NCBI GenBank assembly: GCA_051294905.1
Contig: CM119378.1
Location: 7,440,001-7,504,000, forward strand
Source: Botryllus schlosseri
Lineage: Eukaryota
Direction of reading: 5' to 3'
DNA: 64,000 bases
Shown here: positions 13,901 to 25,029 of the stretch, piece after piece
Numbering within the stretch: position 1 is the stretch's first letter
Layout of the letters: every line of letters begins with the position of its first letter
Program-made: the position numbers and the translations under genes
The notes under the pieces: model-generated
Databases searched by the model: none
Seen by the model: only the letters and a program-made list of their open reading frames with translations
What the model was told of the DNA's origin: nothing

Positions 13901-14640
13901 CGATTCGTCACTTGTCCTTTTGTATTATCTTCTTCTCTTCACTCAGTATGCATGCCTCCTCTTTACATCGCCTATGCCGAGGTGGGTGTCTGATTTCATA
14001 GACTTGCTCCAAGTTGTTTCGACACCCTCCTATCTTTTCATTGTATCGCAGTCTTGTGGTGTTTTGAAATGATGTAATTCTTAATAGTAAACTGATACTC
14101 AAAACCAGTAAAGTTATGGTCGATTGGACGGGAAATGAATACCATTTCATATGATGTTAGGTCATCTGACCATGTGTGAATGTGGTCTGTGGTCAAATAG
14201 GCTTCCAACTCGTATGAGCTCATGTTACGCTCGCTCCCCTTATCTAACTGAAATGAAACAGTCCTAGCTAGGTCTTCAAGTGATTTCGACGTTGGTGCGT
14301 TCAAAATATACGAGTGGCAAGATTGCCTCCTGCCTTTACAATGAAATTGACAATTCTGTGACATGCCTTTAGTGACGGATCGGGCAGGACCGGGACCTTC
14401 TGCGCCATCTCGAACCTCATCGAACGACTGAAAAACGAAAACAGAGTCGACGTTTTCAGAACAGCAAAAGACTTGCGCGACCTCCGACCCGGTATGATCG
14501 GGACCAAGGTAACCTACACAAATGTCTTCTAAGGTTCATTTCTCTGACGCATTTGTGACTTTTAGGAGCAGTACGAATTTTGCTATCAAGCAGTTTCCGA
14601 ATACTTGCAGCTTTTCGACTTGTACGGGAATTTTGATTAG
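1062..14640 (+). CDS. Receptor-type protein tyrosine phosphatase with tandem PTP domains, 5'-partial, 19 exons
   Basis: Exons with GT-AG borders and compatible phases: 1062-1196, 1257-1522, 1582-1684, 1892-1941, 3335-3498, 3572-3671, 3731-3807, 4832-4966, 5410-5535, 5595-5734, 7307-7442, 8226-8329, 9207-9340, 10407-10483, 10544-10660, 10811-10954, 11406-11554, 14373-14508, 14566-14640 (TAG). The joined frame has no stop (about 788 aa) and carries a TM helix plus two PTP domains. Orthology cannot be assigned from sequence alone. Confidence 0.95.
2617..3111 (+). mobile_element. Diverged MITE related to family D (TAGGGCTG TIR), left end eroded
   Basis: ATGATTCGAGTA subterminal motifs and a right end ...CCACAGCCCTA resemble the copies at 18165 and 21347. 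No clean TSD. Confidence 0.6.
3335..8329 (+). CDS. RPTP wedge and membrane-proximal PTP domain D1 (predicted active)
   Basis: Motifs [59 protein letters not shown] (split by intron 5735-7306) and MVQTLEQY. Confidence 0.95.
4187..4696 (+). mobile_element. hAT-type MITE, family A (TIR CAGGGTTGTAA)
   Basis: TIRs CAGGGTTGTAA / TTACAATCCTG; perfect 8-bp TSD CCGAGCAA (4179-4186, 4697-4704); many GACTCGAGTC subterminal repeats. Confidence 0.9.
6018..6429 (+). mobile_element. hAT-type MITE, family H (TIR TAGGGTTACCATA)
   Basis: TIRs present; TSD CCCACCTG/CCTACCTA (6/8). A homologous uninterrupted site lies near 13980 on the minus strand. Confidence 0.8.
9207..14640 (+). CDS. RPTP membrane-distal PTP domain D2 (predicted pseudophosphatase) and C-terminal tail
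   Basis: Motifs YIAAQNP, LFWRMV, SYWP, WPK (for WPD), [21 protein letters not shown]; tail [13 protein letters not shown]. Confidence 0.92.
10077..10341 (-). mobile_element. tRNA-derived SINE
   Basis: Minus strand: A-box-like TGGTGTAACGG, B-box GGTTCAATCCC, a central domain and a (TC)n tail. Homologous to 16455-16715. Confidence 0.85.
12679..13697 (+). mobile_element. Family A MITE containing a second family A copy
   Basis: Outer ends CACGGTTGTAAC and TTACAACCCTG. The outer TSD is degraded. Confidence 0.8.
13060..13584 (-). mobile_element. Family A MITE nested in the opposite orientation
   Basis: TIRs CAGGGTTGTAA/TTACAACCCTG; perfect TSD CTTGGTTG (13052-13059, 13585-13592). Confidence 0.9.
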
Positions 14641-14967
14641 CCCAACTTTTGCACTGAAAGTGTCAATATGGAACAGTCACTTATATGTCACAGAATTCTA
14701 TGCATGTTATACATTTTATGCAATGTTACATCGTGTTTCTGATTTTAATTGATTATTATGCACACCGTACCAATGTATTTTCATGTTTCAGTATAACCTT
14801 GTAATCATTTCGTACTGACAAATTGTTGTCATGATTTTGTTTTATAAATGTATAAATTAGGTTAAGTTAGAAGTGTAGTGTAGGCTGGTTGTGTTAAGTT
14901 TTAGCTCGAGTTTATACTTGTGCCATTTACCATAATTTGACACAATAATGAGTGTGTTTTTCTTGTG

Positions 14968-14988
14968 AATAAAATTTATCATAATAAA
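14968..14988 (+). terminator. Candidate polyadenylation signals of the RPTP gene
   Basis: AATAAA at 14968-14973 and 14983-14988, about 330 nt after the stop, followed by a GT/T-rich tract near 15000-15015. Confidence 0.55.
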
Positions 14989-15415
14989 AGTGTCATGACC
15001 TTGTTTGCTTTTGTATGCGTCCCGAATTGTTTACTCGTTGGAGTCGGTATTCTTTGCTGCTCAACAAACGTCAAAACCTAACCTTAGCTGGTGTCCGAGC
15101 ACGACTATAATTGTAGCGAAGAAGGTTAGTGGCTACTCTACATGCGGGGGGGGGGGGCATACTTAGGGTTACCATGTTTTGAGATTAGGAAAAGAGGAAA
15201 CTTTTTACAAATCACAAAATTTACAATAACGAACGATAAAACGGTTGATTTGGAAATTTTCACAAGAAATAATCTTGTGTTGGAGAAATTACCAACTCGA
15301 CTCCTGGTAGACCCACACTAACGTAATTTAGGTTGTGGTTGACCTTTATTATAGTCATTCTTGCCGCCACTGCCGTCGAAATTCGCATTTCTTGTCATTT
15401 GTGGCGTATCTAGTT

Positions 15416-16799
15416 TAGGGTTGCCATACGTCCGGAATTTCCCGGACATGTCCGGAATTTCACTGAAAAAATTGCGTCCGGGAGGAAATTTTAAAATATG
15501 CCTAAATTCCGGAATTTCAAAGGCTTAAAGTGTGCTCAAAAGTTTTTCGTAAATCTACATAAACAATATCATTTTCAAGCAGATTTATGCTATTTAAAAT
15601 TTTTATTCGCGCTGGGCGCGAGTTAATGCAACGTATATTGATATTAGTATGGGCACCAGGCATACCGCCCTCGCCCAAAATGCAATCAAAAATAAATATA
15701 AATACAAAAACCATCACTTACTAAAATAAGTCTAATTGTAATCGCGACTATAAGCTAACGGTATATTCCTAGAGTTGGTTAAGGCCGATCGGGTGCTTCA
15801 GTCACAGACAGTGGTTCCGAATCTTGGGGTCGTTTGCCTTTATCTGGGCATCGCGATGATGTTGGACGTAATCAACCTCCTAGGCCGTGAGTAAGTTCGG
15901 GCAAGCTGAATTTTTTTAGTAATCAGCTTATCAAGTTATGAGCTGGGCCACGTAACATTTTCAAGTTGGAATTGAGGTCGCGACCATAACAGGTTGGAGA
16001 TCACCGGATGTGCAACCTGCTGGTGCATTTTATAGTTGCCTAATATATGGAAGAATCAACATTATTAACAGAATTCATTAATGAAATTTAGCAACCAGAT
16101 GCCCATAGTAAGTGCCCAAGAAGTTACATCGATTACCCTATTGTGAGCCTAAGATCAGTACCTTTTTTTAGGGGGGGGGAGGGGGAAAATGTTGTTTCAG
16201 ACCTAATTAAAACACAAAACCAGATAGCCGCACCGACTCAACAGTATAGCAGGGCTGGCAAACACAATCGCGACAGGCCAGACACGGTTCGCCAGACGAT
16301 TTCATCCGGCCCGTGAAGAAATCTATTGCAGACCCTAGCAAGTAGCAATCACCAGAGCGCACATTACAAATGGCCCAATTTATTACCCATGTTCCACTCC
16401 ATTCCTGTATACAGTCGATGGTCAATGCTTTGCTGGTGTGACGTCATATTGACAGACCGAGCGAGATAGTGTAATGGTTATGCGTCCGGCTTCTCGAGCG
16501 GTAGGTCGTGGGTTCGATCCCCGGCCGGATCATACCAAAGACTCGAAAATTGGTATCCGCAGCTATCCTGCTAGGCGCTCAGCAATCACGGACAGCATGG
16601 AGGAGAAAAAAAAACGGGGGCGCAGACTAGATGACCTCATGGGGACGTATCGCAACTCCGTCGTCAAAGCATCTCGATGGGGCAAGCGAAAAAGAATATC
16701 ATATCTCTCTCTCTCAATGTGTTACACCTCATTTTTTAAATCCGCTAGTGGGCGCTAAAGAGTGTCCGGAATTTGCTTCACAAAAATATGGTAACCCTA
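15416..16799. mobile_element. hAT-type non-autonomous element, family G
   Basis: TIRs TAGGGTTGCCATA / TATGGTAACCCTA; perfect TSD ATCTAGTT (15408-15415, 16800-16807). Both ends are homologous to 18748-21181 in the opposite orientation. Confidence 0.88.
16455..16715 (+). mobile_element. tRNA-derived SINE inserted in the family G element
   Basis: A-box TAGTGTAATGG, B-box GGTTCGATCCC, (TC)n tail. Absent from the matching position of the other G copy (near 20140). Confidence 0.85.
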
Positions 16800-18164
16800 A
16801 TCTAGTTGTGCCTGTAGAATCGCCTGGCGGTTAATGCTATGAAGGTGGACGCATTCCCAAAAAGAACTTTTGGACGTCCTGCAGGATATTTTCGAATTCT
16901 TGAAAATGGAGTACGTAGGGGTAGGCCATGGTAACCCTAGATTACGGCAATGACACATTAAATATACGCAAGGTGCTCTGTGACCAGATGCGACACACTT
17001 GAGACCAAGTGACAGTGGTTCGGTGCAGTTTCCACATAGTTCATGCAAATTGAACATTCAAAGAAATTGGATCCTTGAACGTTTTTCAACATGTCGTTTA
17101 GAATCATTTGTGAATAATTCTGAAGGTGATTATGTAATTTTCAGCATGCAATATATTGGTGAGCTATGCATATATGCTTCGCGATTCGAAACGACTTAGA
17201 ACTAGTACAGATCTTGGTAAACTGACAGCTTCGTTAATTTGATACCTAAAACTGGTTGTCCGACTAGAGATTTGCAGATGATCCTGGTTTCAATACACAA
17301 AAAAATAGGATCGGGCGGAGCTCGGCTCGAGATTACCGGACCATAATCTGGCGAACTATTCTCGCCTACCGTCACTTTACCACTTGATTTTCATCATCCG
17401 TCCTCTCGCGTTATGTTATCTACTGTTACTTTTTCATTGCTGTGGTATCAGAGTTAGCTTACGCTTATTTTATACATCAAACTCAATTTAGGTCACGGGC
17501 CTGATTAAAACCTTTTGATCGCTCAGGTGAAAGGTTGAGTCGGCCTATATGTTCCATGTAGCAATCAGGCATGAACACATGGCGAGGTCCCGCACAATGT
17601 TTTGCCGCAAGTCTGAAAAACGTGACGACCCGCCACATTGTCTTTGAAATCAAATGAGTGAATCTGAGTTCGAAAAAGCACGGAACTGAGCTCCCATCCT
17701 GTCTCTGCCATCCCAATATTATTTCATGATATATGTACTACAAACATCACTAATCTGCGGCGGATTACCAAACGCACCTCACTCCATCCAAGGCACTAGA
17801 TAAACGGGTTGCACGATCGTTGAGTCCATCAAGACAAGAAATAAGTGACAACTTATATTTTGTTCGGAAATGCACAAACTTGACAAACATATATGTATAT
17901 TTCAGTAAAACATATTGTTCAACAGCAAGAACACTGGTGTCGCGCCAATGGAACATACCAATACGTAAATCGTCACGTAGTCTTGGCGGCTGTGATTTCA
18001 TTTGGCAATTGCGTTAGTACCGATGACGAGTCATCCGCGCTATCCATGAAATGAAATGTTATGAGACGGGGACGGCTGCAGCGGAACGAACATACAAGAA
18101 CAAAGATTCGCGGGCCGGATCAACGCAGCTGGCGGACGTGATCGTAGTGCTGGAGGTTGCCGAG

Positions 18165-18690
18165 TAGGGCTGGGCACAAGGATTCGAGTACTCTTAACCT
18201 GAATCGAGTAATAATTTTAATGATTCGAGTCGAGTAGTAGAAGACGATTATTTCGAGTACTGAAATTATACGCTTCTCGCCACTGAAAGTAAATTTATTA
18301 ACAAGAATTACAATTTCGATACCAATTTTCACTGTTGAAGCCTTGAAACGTTGTTTGACCGTATCGTAGCATACGAAACATATAGTATAAAGCTACGAAG
18401 GTTACTGGACGTAGCGCATTTCCGAAGTCATGATAATCCCACAATATTTTCACGAATTGGGATAAAATCGGTATATGGTCGAAAAAATACTAAAGTATCA
18501 TTTACGAGATGGATAACAGGTATATTCTTCGTGGCGGCAAAAACGGTACATATTTGAACTTTGACGTATTACATTCTGTTATGACGTCATAATGGGTGAT
18601 ACTCGATTACTCGACTCGACTCCCAGCATAATACGGGATTCAGAATCGAATCACTATTCACTCAGGTATACTCTCTTTTTCCCAGCCCTA
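18165..18690 (+). mobile_element. hAT-type MITE, family D (TIR TAGGGCTGGG)
   Basis: TIRs plus perfect TSD TTGCCGAG (18157-18164, 18691-18698). Confidence 0.92.
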
Positions 18691-18747
18691 TTGCCGAGAC
18701 CTGGTATAAAATGGTTTAGGTCGGAGCTAGCAGATTCGAGGTTTTGA

Positions 18748-21181
18748 TAGGGTTACCATCAGAGGTGGCCAGTAACGAAGTACTTCTACTTTTTCGAAGT
18801 ACGCAAGTAGTTTTCCCCTACTTGTGGTACTTACTCAAGTAGATCTGATTTTCGCTACTTCTACTTCGTAATATTTTGTGATCTACTTACTTACTTTTCG
18901 CTATTTTCAGTTTGTCAAGTAGAAGTAGTTCAATCTTCAATCAGGAAGATAGCCTGAGGAATTTCGGGGCTGTTTTCACGGAGTATCAACATTGAATTTT
19001 CATAAAAGTTGGGTAAAGCCCAAAATTTTCGTCGCGCTTCGCGCGCAGGGGATACGGGGCTGTCAGTATGATATCACGATAGTATCGATGAATATAATTT
19101 AGGTAGCGGGTTGGCGTGGTTCCGTTCACACCTAATTGTCACCCTTCGCACCTATGAAATAATTCATCACAGTTTATATGGCTCACCCTAACGTTTGAAT
19201 CTGATGTTTCGCAATCCAGTATTTACTTGTGATATCGTAATTTAGCAGTCCATGGCTCGTCCTAGCCTGGAAAAGTGGACTCTGACTTTTTTTTTTGTTC
19301 GTTTTAGAGGTGTTTCAGCATACCACCTTTGAAACTATATGGACTGAAGGCATGAAATACATGTTCCGCTTTTATAAGTAGTATTTATGTTTCACTTTCA
19401 ATTCCCAGTATCATGTACTTTGAGTTATAAATGATATCAGTTCTTATGCCTGGATAACATACAATACATGTTGGAGTATAAAAGCAAGTGTAGTAATGTT
19501 TTTAATTTACGGAATTAAAGCTACTCAATATGGTATTTTTACGGTCCACCATATTTTTTAGTAACGTTTACTAATCGCGCAAAGTGTTTACACCGTATGC
19601 TATACAACTTCTCCGTATTGCTCTTTGACTAAACTATGGCCTTATAATATGGGGGATGGCGCCATACCATGCTATTTTATAAAACGTGCTGTTCGAGAAA
19701 ACAGAGGAATAGTATCGCATTTCCATATCAATACTATCATTTTCATCCCATGATGTGGACGAATGCTTATTTATCGAAAATTGGATATCTGCTTGCTGGC
19801 ATGCATCAATATGAATCAAGCTCGTCACCTTTCGCATAGTTCAATTTGCACCTTTCCACAATCCATGGGAACGATGAATTAGGATTGTTTTCACAACTAA
19901 TTACTTACTTTAGTAGGCTACTTTTAAAGTCAGTCAATTCTACTTCTACTTCAAGTAGTTTTAGGTTGCTTGTGGAGGAAGTACTTCTACTCGTAATTGA
20001 GTAGATCTATTCTTCGCTACTTCTACTTCTACTTGAGTAGCTTTCTTGACTACTTTGACCACCTTTGGTTACCATATTTCTGCGACCCAAATTCCGGACA
20101 CTCTTCAGCGCCCACTAGTGGATTTCAAAATGACTTATGACGTCACACTAGCAAAGCTTTGCTCATGCACCAGAGGTGGTCACGATCCGGTTCAGGAGTA
20201 TGTGGTCGTGTGTTGTGTAACCGGGACCGAAAGCACATGATTTCAGCCCCTTCCCGCCCAAATAAACAATGATTTTGAGCCCACACTATGTGGTAATCGA
20301 TGCAGCTTCTGGTGGGGTGCTTGCTATATGAATCTGGTTTCTATATGCATCTGGTCATTAAATTTTTTGAATGAATTTTGGCAATACTATTGGGTTTTCC
20401 GTATATTACTCTATAGATACTACTCTCCGCCCACATGATTAGAGTTGGCGGTAGAGATGGTGGAGGATGATGAGTTCGAAAATACAGGGAGCGTAATTGC
20501 ACATCGTTAAGTCATGTTCATGTCCTACCGATAAGATTGTTTATCGGCCTTATGGCGGTGCGCACCACGGATCTTTATAAACACCCCAGATCCAGTGGTT
20601 TCCAACCTTTTATGGTCGCAATTCCATCTCCAATTTGAAAATCTTCCATGACTCAGATCAAAATTTGACGAGTTGATTACTAAAGGAAGTAAGCACATTT
20701 GCTCAGACTTACTCACGGTCTATTTCGGAAGCTGATTACGTTCAACATATTCGCAAACCCCAGAATAAAGGCAAACGACCCCAACGTTTGGAACCACTAT
20801 CTTTGATTAAAGCATTTAAACGGTCTTAACGATCGCTAGGAATATACCGTTCTACTATAATTGCGATTACAATTAGGCTTATTCCAATAAATGTAGGTCA
20901 TTTTTATTTGTGTTTAATGCAGTTTTTGCGAGGGTGGTAATCCCTATATTAAAATCAATATAAATGTGATAGTAAATCGCGCGCAGCGCGAAGAAAAATA
21001 TCATGCGTCAGCATAAATGGTCCCAAAAGTAATGTTTTTATGTTGATTTACGAAAAAATTATGAGCCTACGTCAAGTCTTCAAAATTCCGGACATTTGGC
21101 ATATTTCAGAAATTCCTCCCGGACGCTAGCTTGAACAGTGTCCGGACTTGTCCGGGAAATTGCGGACGTATGGCCACCCTA
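18748..21181. mobile_element. Family G element interrupted in its left TIR by a family F element
   Basis: Ends TAGGGTTACCAT and TATGGCCACCCTA; flanks GGTTTTGA/CGTTATGA (6/8); homologous to 15416-16799. Confidence 0.75.
18760..20067 (+). mobile_element. hAT-type element, family F (TIR CAGAGGTGG)
   Basis: TIRs; perfect TSD GTTACCAT (18752-18759, 20068-20075); CTACTT-rich subterminal repeats. Confidence 0.9.
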
Positions 21182-21346
21182 CGTTATGATAGTTTAGGTA
21201 GTGGTATGAACAATTTTTTTTCATGCGAAATTAAATTGTAGTATTGTCACTCGATCACTGCGGTGTTGATGAACGCTAATGATTATAGTATCAATGTGTC
21301 ACTCAAATTGATTGTATTTAGAGTCATTCAAATGATTTGTAACGAG

Positions 21347-21850
21347 TAGGGTTGGGCACAATGATTCGAGTAATCGAATCGGAATCGAGTATTAATTGTA
21401 ATGATTCGAGTCGAGTATTAAGGCGCGATTTTTGCGAGTAGTAAAAATATACGCTCCACGCCACTGACAGTTAATTTATCAACGACAAGTATAGTTCTGA
21501 TACTAGTTCCCACTTCGGAAGGCTGCAAACCTTGATTAGCCGAATGGCCGTATCGCAGCAGCTACTAGCGTTACTGGAAACATATTTCCGAAGTCTTAAT
21601 CAACCCACAACATGTCAAAGAGTACAATGGAACCGGTATGGTCAAAAGACACCAAATATTATTTAATGTGATGGATAACAGCCAGGCAATATACTTATTG
21701 CGGGCGTGTAAACAGTACGAATTTAAACAAGGACATCTTACGTACTGTTATTACGTCATAATGAGTGATACTCGAATACTCGACTCGACTCGAAGCATAA
21801 TGCGTGATTCAGAATCGAATCACTCAGGTACTCGATTTTGCCCAGCCCTA
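21347..21850 (+). mobile_element. Family D MITE, first of a head-to-tail pair
   Basis: TIRs; flanked by GTAACGAG at 21339-21346 and 21851-21858. Confidence 0.92.
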
Positions 21851-21858
21851 GTAACGAG

Positions 21859-22383
21859 TAGGGCTGGGCACAATGATTCGAGTACTCGAATCTGAATCGA
21901 GTATTAACTTTAATGATTCGAGTCGAGTAGTAAAAACGATTTTTTTCGAGTACTGAAACTATAGGCTCCTCGCCACTGAAAGTTAATTTATCAACGAGAA
22001 TTATAGTTTCGATACTAAGTTTCGCTGTTGAAGCCTTGAAACCTTGATTTGCCGTATCGTAGCATTCGAAACATATAGTACAAAGCTACAAACCAACAAA
22101 CGTTACTAGAAATGACACATTTTCGAAGTCATGATCATCCCACAACATTGTCACAAAGAGCAATGAAATCGGCATGGTCGAAAAAATACCAAAGTATCTT
22201 TAATGTGATGGATAAAAGGAATTATAGTCTTTGTGGTCGCAAAAAAGGTACATATGTGAACTTTGACATATCACATTACGTTATGACGTCATAATAAGTG
22301 ATACTCGATTACTCGACTCGACTCGAAGCATTTTACGTGATTCAGAATCGAATCACTCAGGTACTCGATTTTGCCCAGCCCTA
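21859..22383 (+). mobile_element. Family D MITE, second of a head-to-tail pair
   Basis: TIRs; flanked by GTAACGAG at 21851-21858 and 22384-22391. Confidence 0.92.
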
Positions 22384-24078
22384 GTAACGAGTAGTCGATA
22401 TCGGTATAACGATTCGCAACTTGAACTTTCCAGTAGATGCGATATCAAAATTGAATGGTGTTCTCCGGTAAATGCGACGGGAAAATAGACTGTTGCGCAC
22501 AAACTGCGGGATCGACAATTCGTGACTGTTGCCATTACTATTCACAAACTCTTCGTAAAGGGAATATACCCTACATGCTATTACGGCTCATTTCAGGCAT
22601 TCATACAAATGCCTGAAGCAGGAAGCGATTTTGCGAGTTTGCGGTTTCCAGGGTTTATTGTGTGTCGCTTATCGATAGGAAACTAGGCGAAGATTATTCA
22701 TTCAGCACGGTATACACAGATCTCCGTCGTAGTATGTTCACAGAATAGATGGTTTATCAAATTGGCGTTATTGCAAATCATTCTGCACACCTGGATCGTA
22801 AAGACAATGAAATTCATGAAAGGGAATCGGGATATAGTTACTGGAATTATAATTACGTTTTACGTGCTGCACTTTGTACCTGCTGTGTTTGCAAGCGGTG
22901 AGTTATTGCGCATCAGTGAATCACTTCGATGTGGTGTAGGCCTGCAGGAGGTAGAAACCAGCTTAATAGATATATTTGATATGCCGAAGTTGAGTTAGTG
23001 TACCGTACTGCACCGCCACGACAGGTGGTAAGTAGCGAAGAGAGAGTGAGAGAATTAGAAAGTACTTCTACTTTTTCGTAGTAGCCTGCTCCTGGTCACT
23101 CGAGAGGTTGTTGTTGTTCTACTATCTCCATTTCTACTAGAACAGTCTTCTTTAAGCACAACTAGGCTCTACTTTCTTTTTACAATTTGAATTTTGCAAC
23201 GTATAACAAGTAGTTTTAGCATAAGCTTGCATCGTTTTTATGAGTGATGTTTCATACAATCAGCGCGAAACAGATTGGCCGTCCCTGTCTTAGCGTCCCT
23301 AACATCGTCAGACGGGCGGTAGGGCTATACGTTTTCCTCTACGGTGCATGAAACATCGCAACACAGTAACGGGTGCTTCTTCCAGCGTTGTTGAATTACG
23401 AAAGTATGAGTAGGCTACTGAGTAGTACGGTAACTACCACACTATCGATGGATGGTTTTATACGAAATCTGGCAGTTTTCGTAACTAACCATTCAGAAAC
23501 CTCACTGGTATTGGTACCATACTAGGCCACCGTAACCTGCTCGCATTGATCGATTGTCAAATACTTTTATTTCATTATATGTCTATCAATACATACTTTA
23601 TCAAGATGCTAGATTTTCAACCCTCAAATGAACTAAAAGGAGTTCTCAACAAAGTATTGCATATCAAAGCCACACCGGAGCGGTGGTGAACAGTAGGCCC
23701 TACCAAGGGCGAGTAAGAGTAATCAGGGGATTTGGGTGCAACGTGCAAGACCGTACGATAGGGCTTGGGGTTAAGAGCGTACAGTAGGTCTTCTCAAGAG
23801 CGGTTAGGGTGCAAGAATGAGTAGTCCGTAGATAATACACAATTTCCCGATTTTATACTGCAATATACAACGGCCTATAAGGGATGATGCGTGATATCGA
23901 CAATAATTCTACCGAATCAAATTTCTCTCCGTAACGGTTCTTCCCCAACCAATTATAGTTTGCCAAACTATAGATTACTAACGTCCGTGTTCACCGATAC
24001 CGGCGATACGTGATTGTGGTAATGTAGCAGTATCTTATTTCAAGACGCCTGACGCCGGCGTTCGAATTCAGAAGTAGG

Positions 24079-24496
24079 TAGGGTTACCATACGTCCTCTT
24101 TTAAGAGCTAGGATTTGTCCTATTTTTTACTTTTTTGATAGTGTCCTCGGAGGACGCCCAAATGTCCTCTTTTTGATATTTTGTCCTCTTTTTTGAGAAT
24201 TTTGGTTATATATAGGGCCAAATTCGACTGAGACACAATAATTCAGCTCTGTAAAGCTCCGGCGGCTATTTCGGGAGCTGGACCGGAAAGTTGACCTTTT
24301 ATTTTAGTCAACCACCTGATTATGTGAAAGAAAAACTGAAATTTTCGGGAATTGAGCGAAAAAGTTGACATTTTTTAGTCAATCGACCATGAAGAGGGAA
24401 AAATTTACGATCTTTCTGGATTTTCCTCCGATTTTGCAGGTTTTAAAATCTTGAAAAAGTGTCCTCTTTTCAGATTAACAAAATATGGTAACCCTA
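24079..24496 (-). mobile_element. Family H MITE
   Basis: TIRs TAGGGTTACCATA/TATGGTAACCCTA; perfect TSD GAAGTAGG; reverse-complement homolog of 6018-6429. Confidence 0.9.
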
Positions 24497-25029
24497 GAAG
24501 TAGGTGTATGCATAAGTGTCGGACGCAGGTATTTAGGATGTATGTCGCGCCTGTCTGATAAATATTTGGGCGGCATACCCACAAATCCTCAAGCAATTCT
24601 TAGTCAGCATGTATCGGCCAAAACTAGCTGGTGAATTGTGCGATTTAGAAATAATTCGCAAGGTATTTATCCTACATGCTGCTTACTATGTGAGCAAATT
24701 AGCAGCACAACGTTGATCGAAAGTGAGTATCTGAGTAATTAGGTAAGCGAGGCGAGATTACAACATCGTAACATGGCTAACAAAGACGGAGATTTCTACA
24801 CGCGCTGGAATCTCGTCTCTCGGTTTGATGAAATGCTTTCAATGAGTGACAATCAAAAGTGCACTGCACCCCTGCAGATTGGTAATTTGTTATGCGCGCG
24901 GGTGCTGGTGACGTAGCATCTACGCTGGTAATCTGTTGTGCAAACGAAATTGCATCTTTGTCTCTTTTCGAGCTGCTATAATAATATACGTGCGAAAGTT
25001 GGGCTTATACAGGCTTACATACATCATAT

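Noticed and set aside
16455-16535. tRNA-like A and B boxes (also about 10265-10341, minus strand)
   Set aside because: No complete cloverleaf could be drawn, and both continue into a shared body and (TC)n tail, so they are SINE heads rather than tRNA genes.
22690-22920. Coding-looking stretch (GEDYSFSTVYTDLRR...)
   Set aside because: Interrupted by stops, no motif or splice support.
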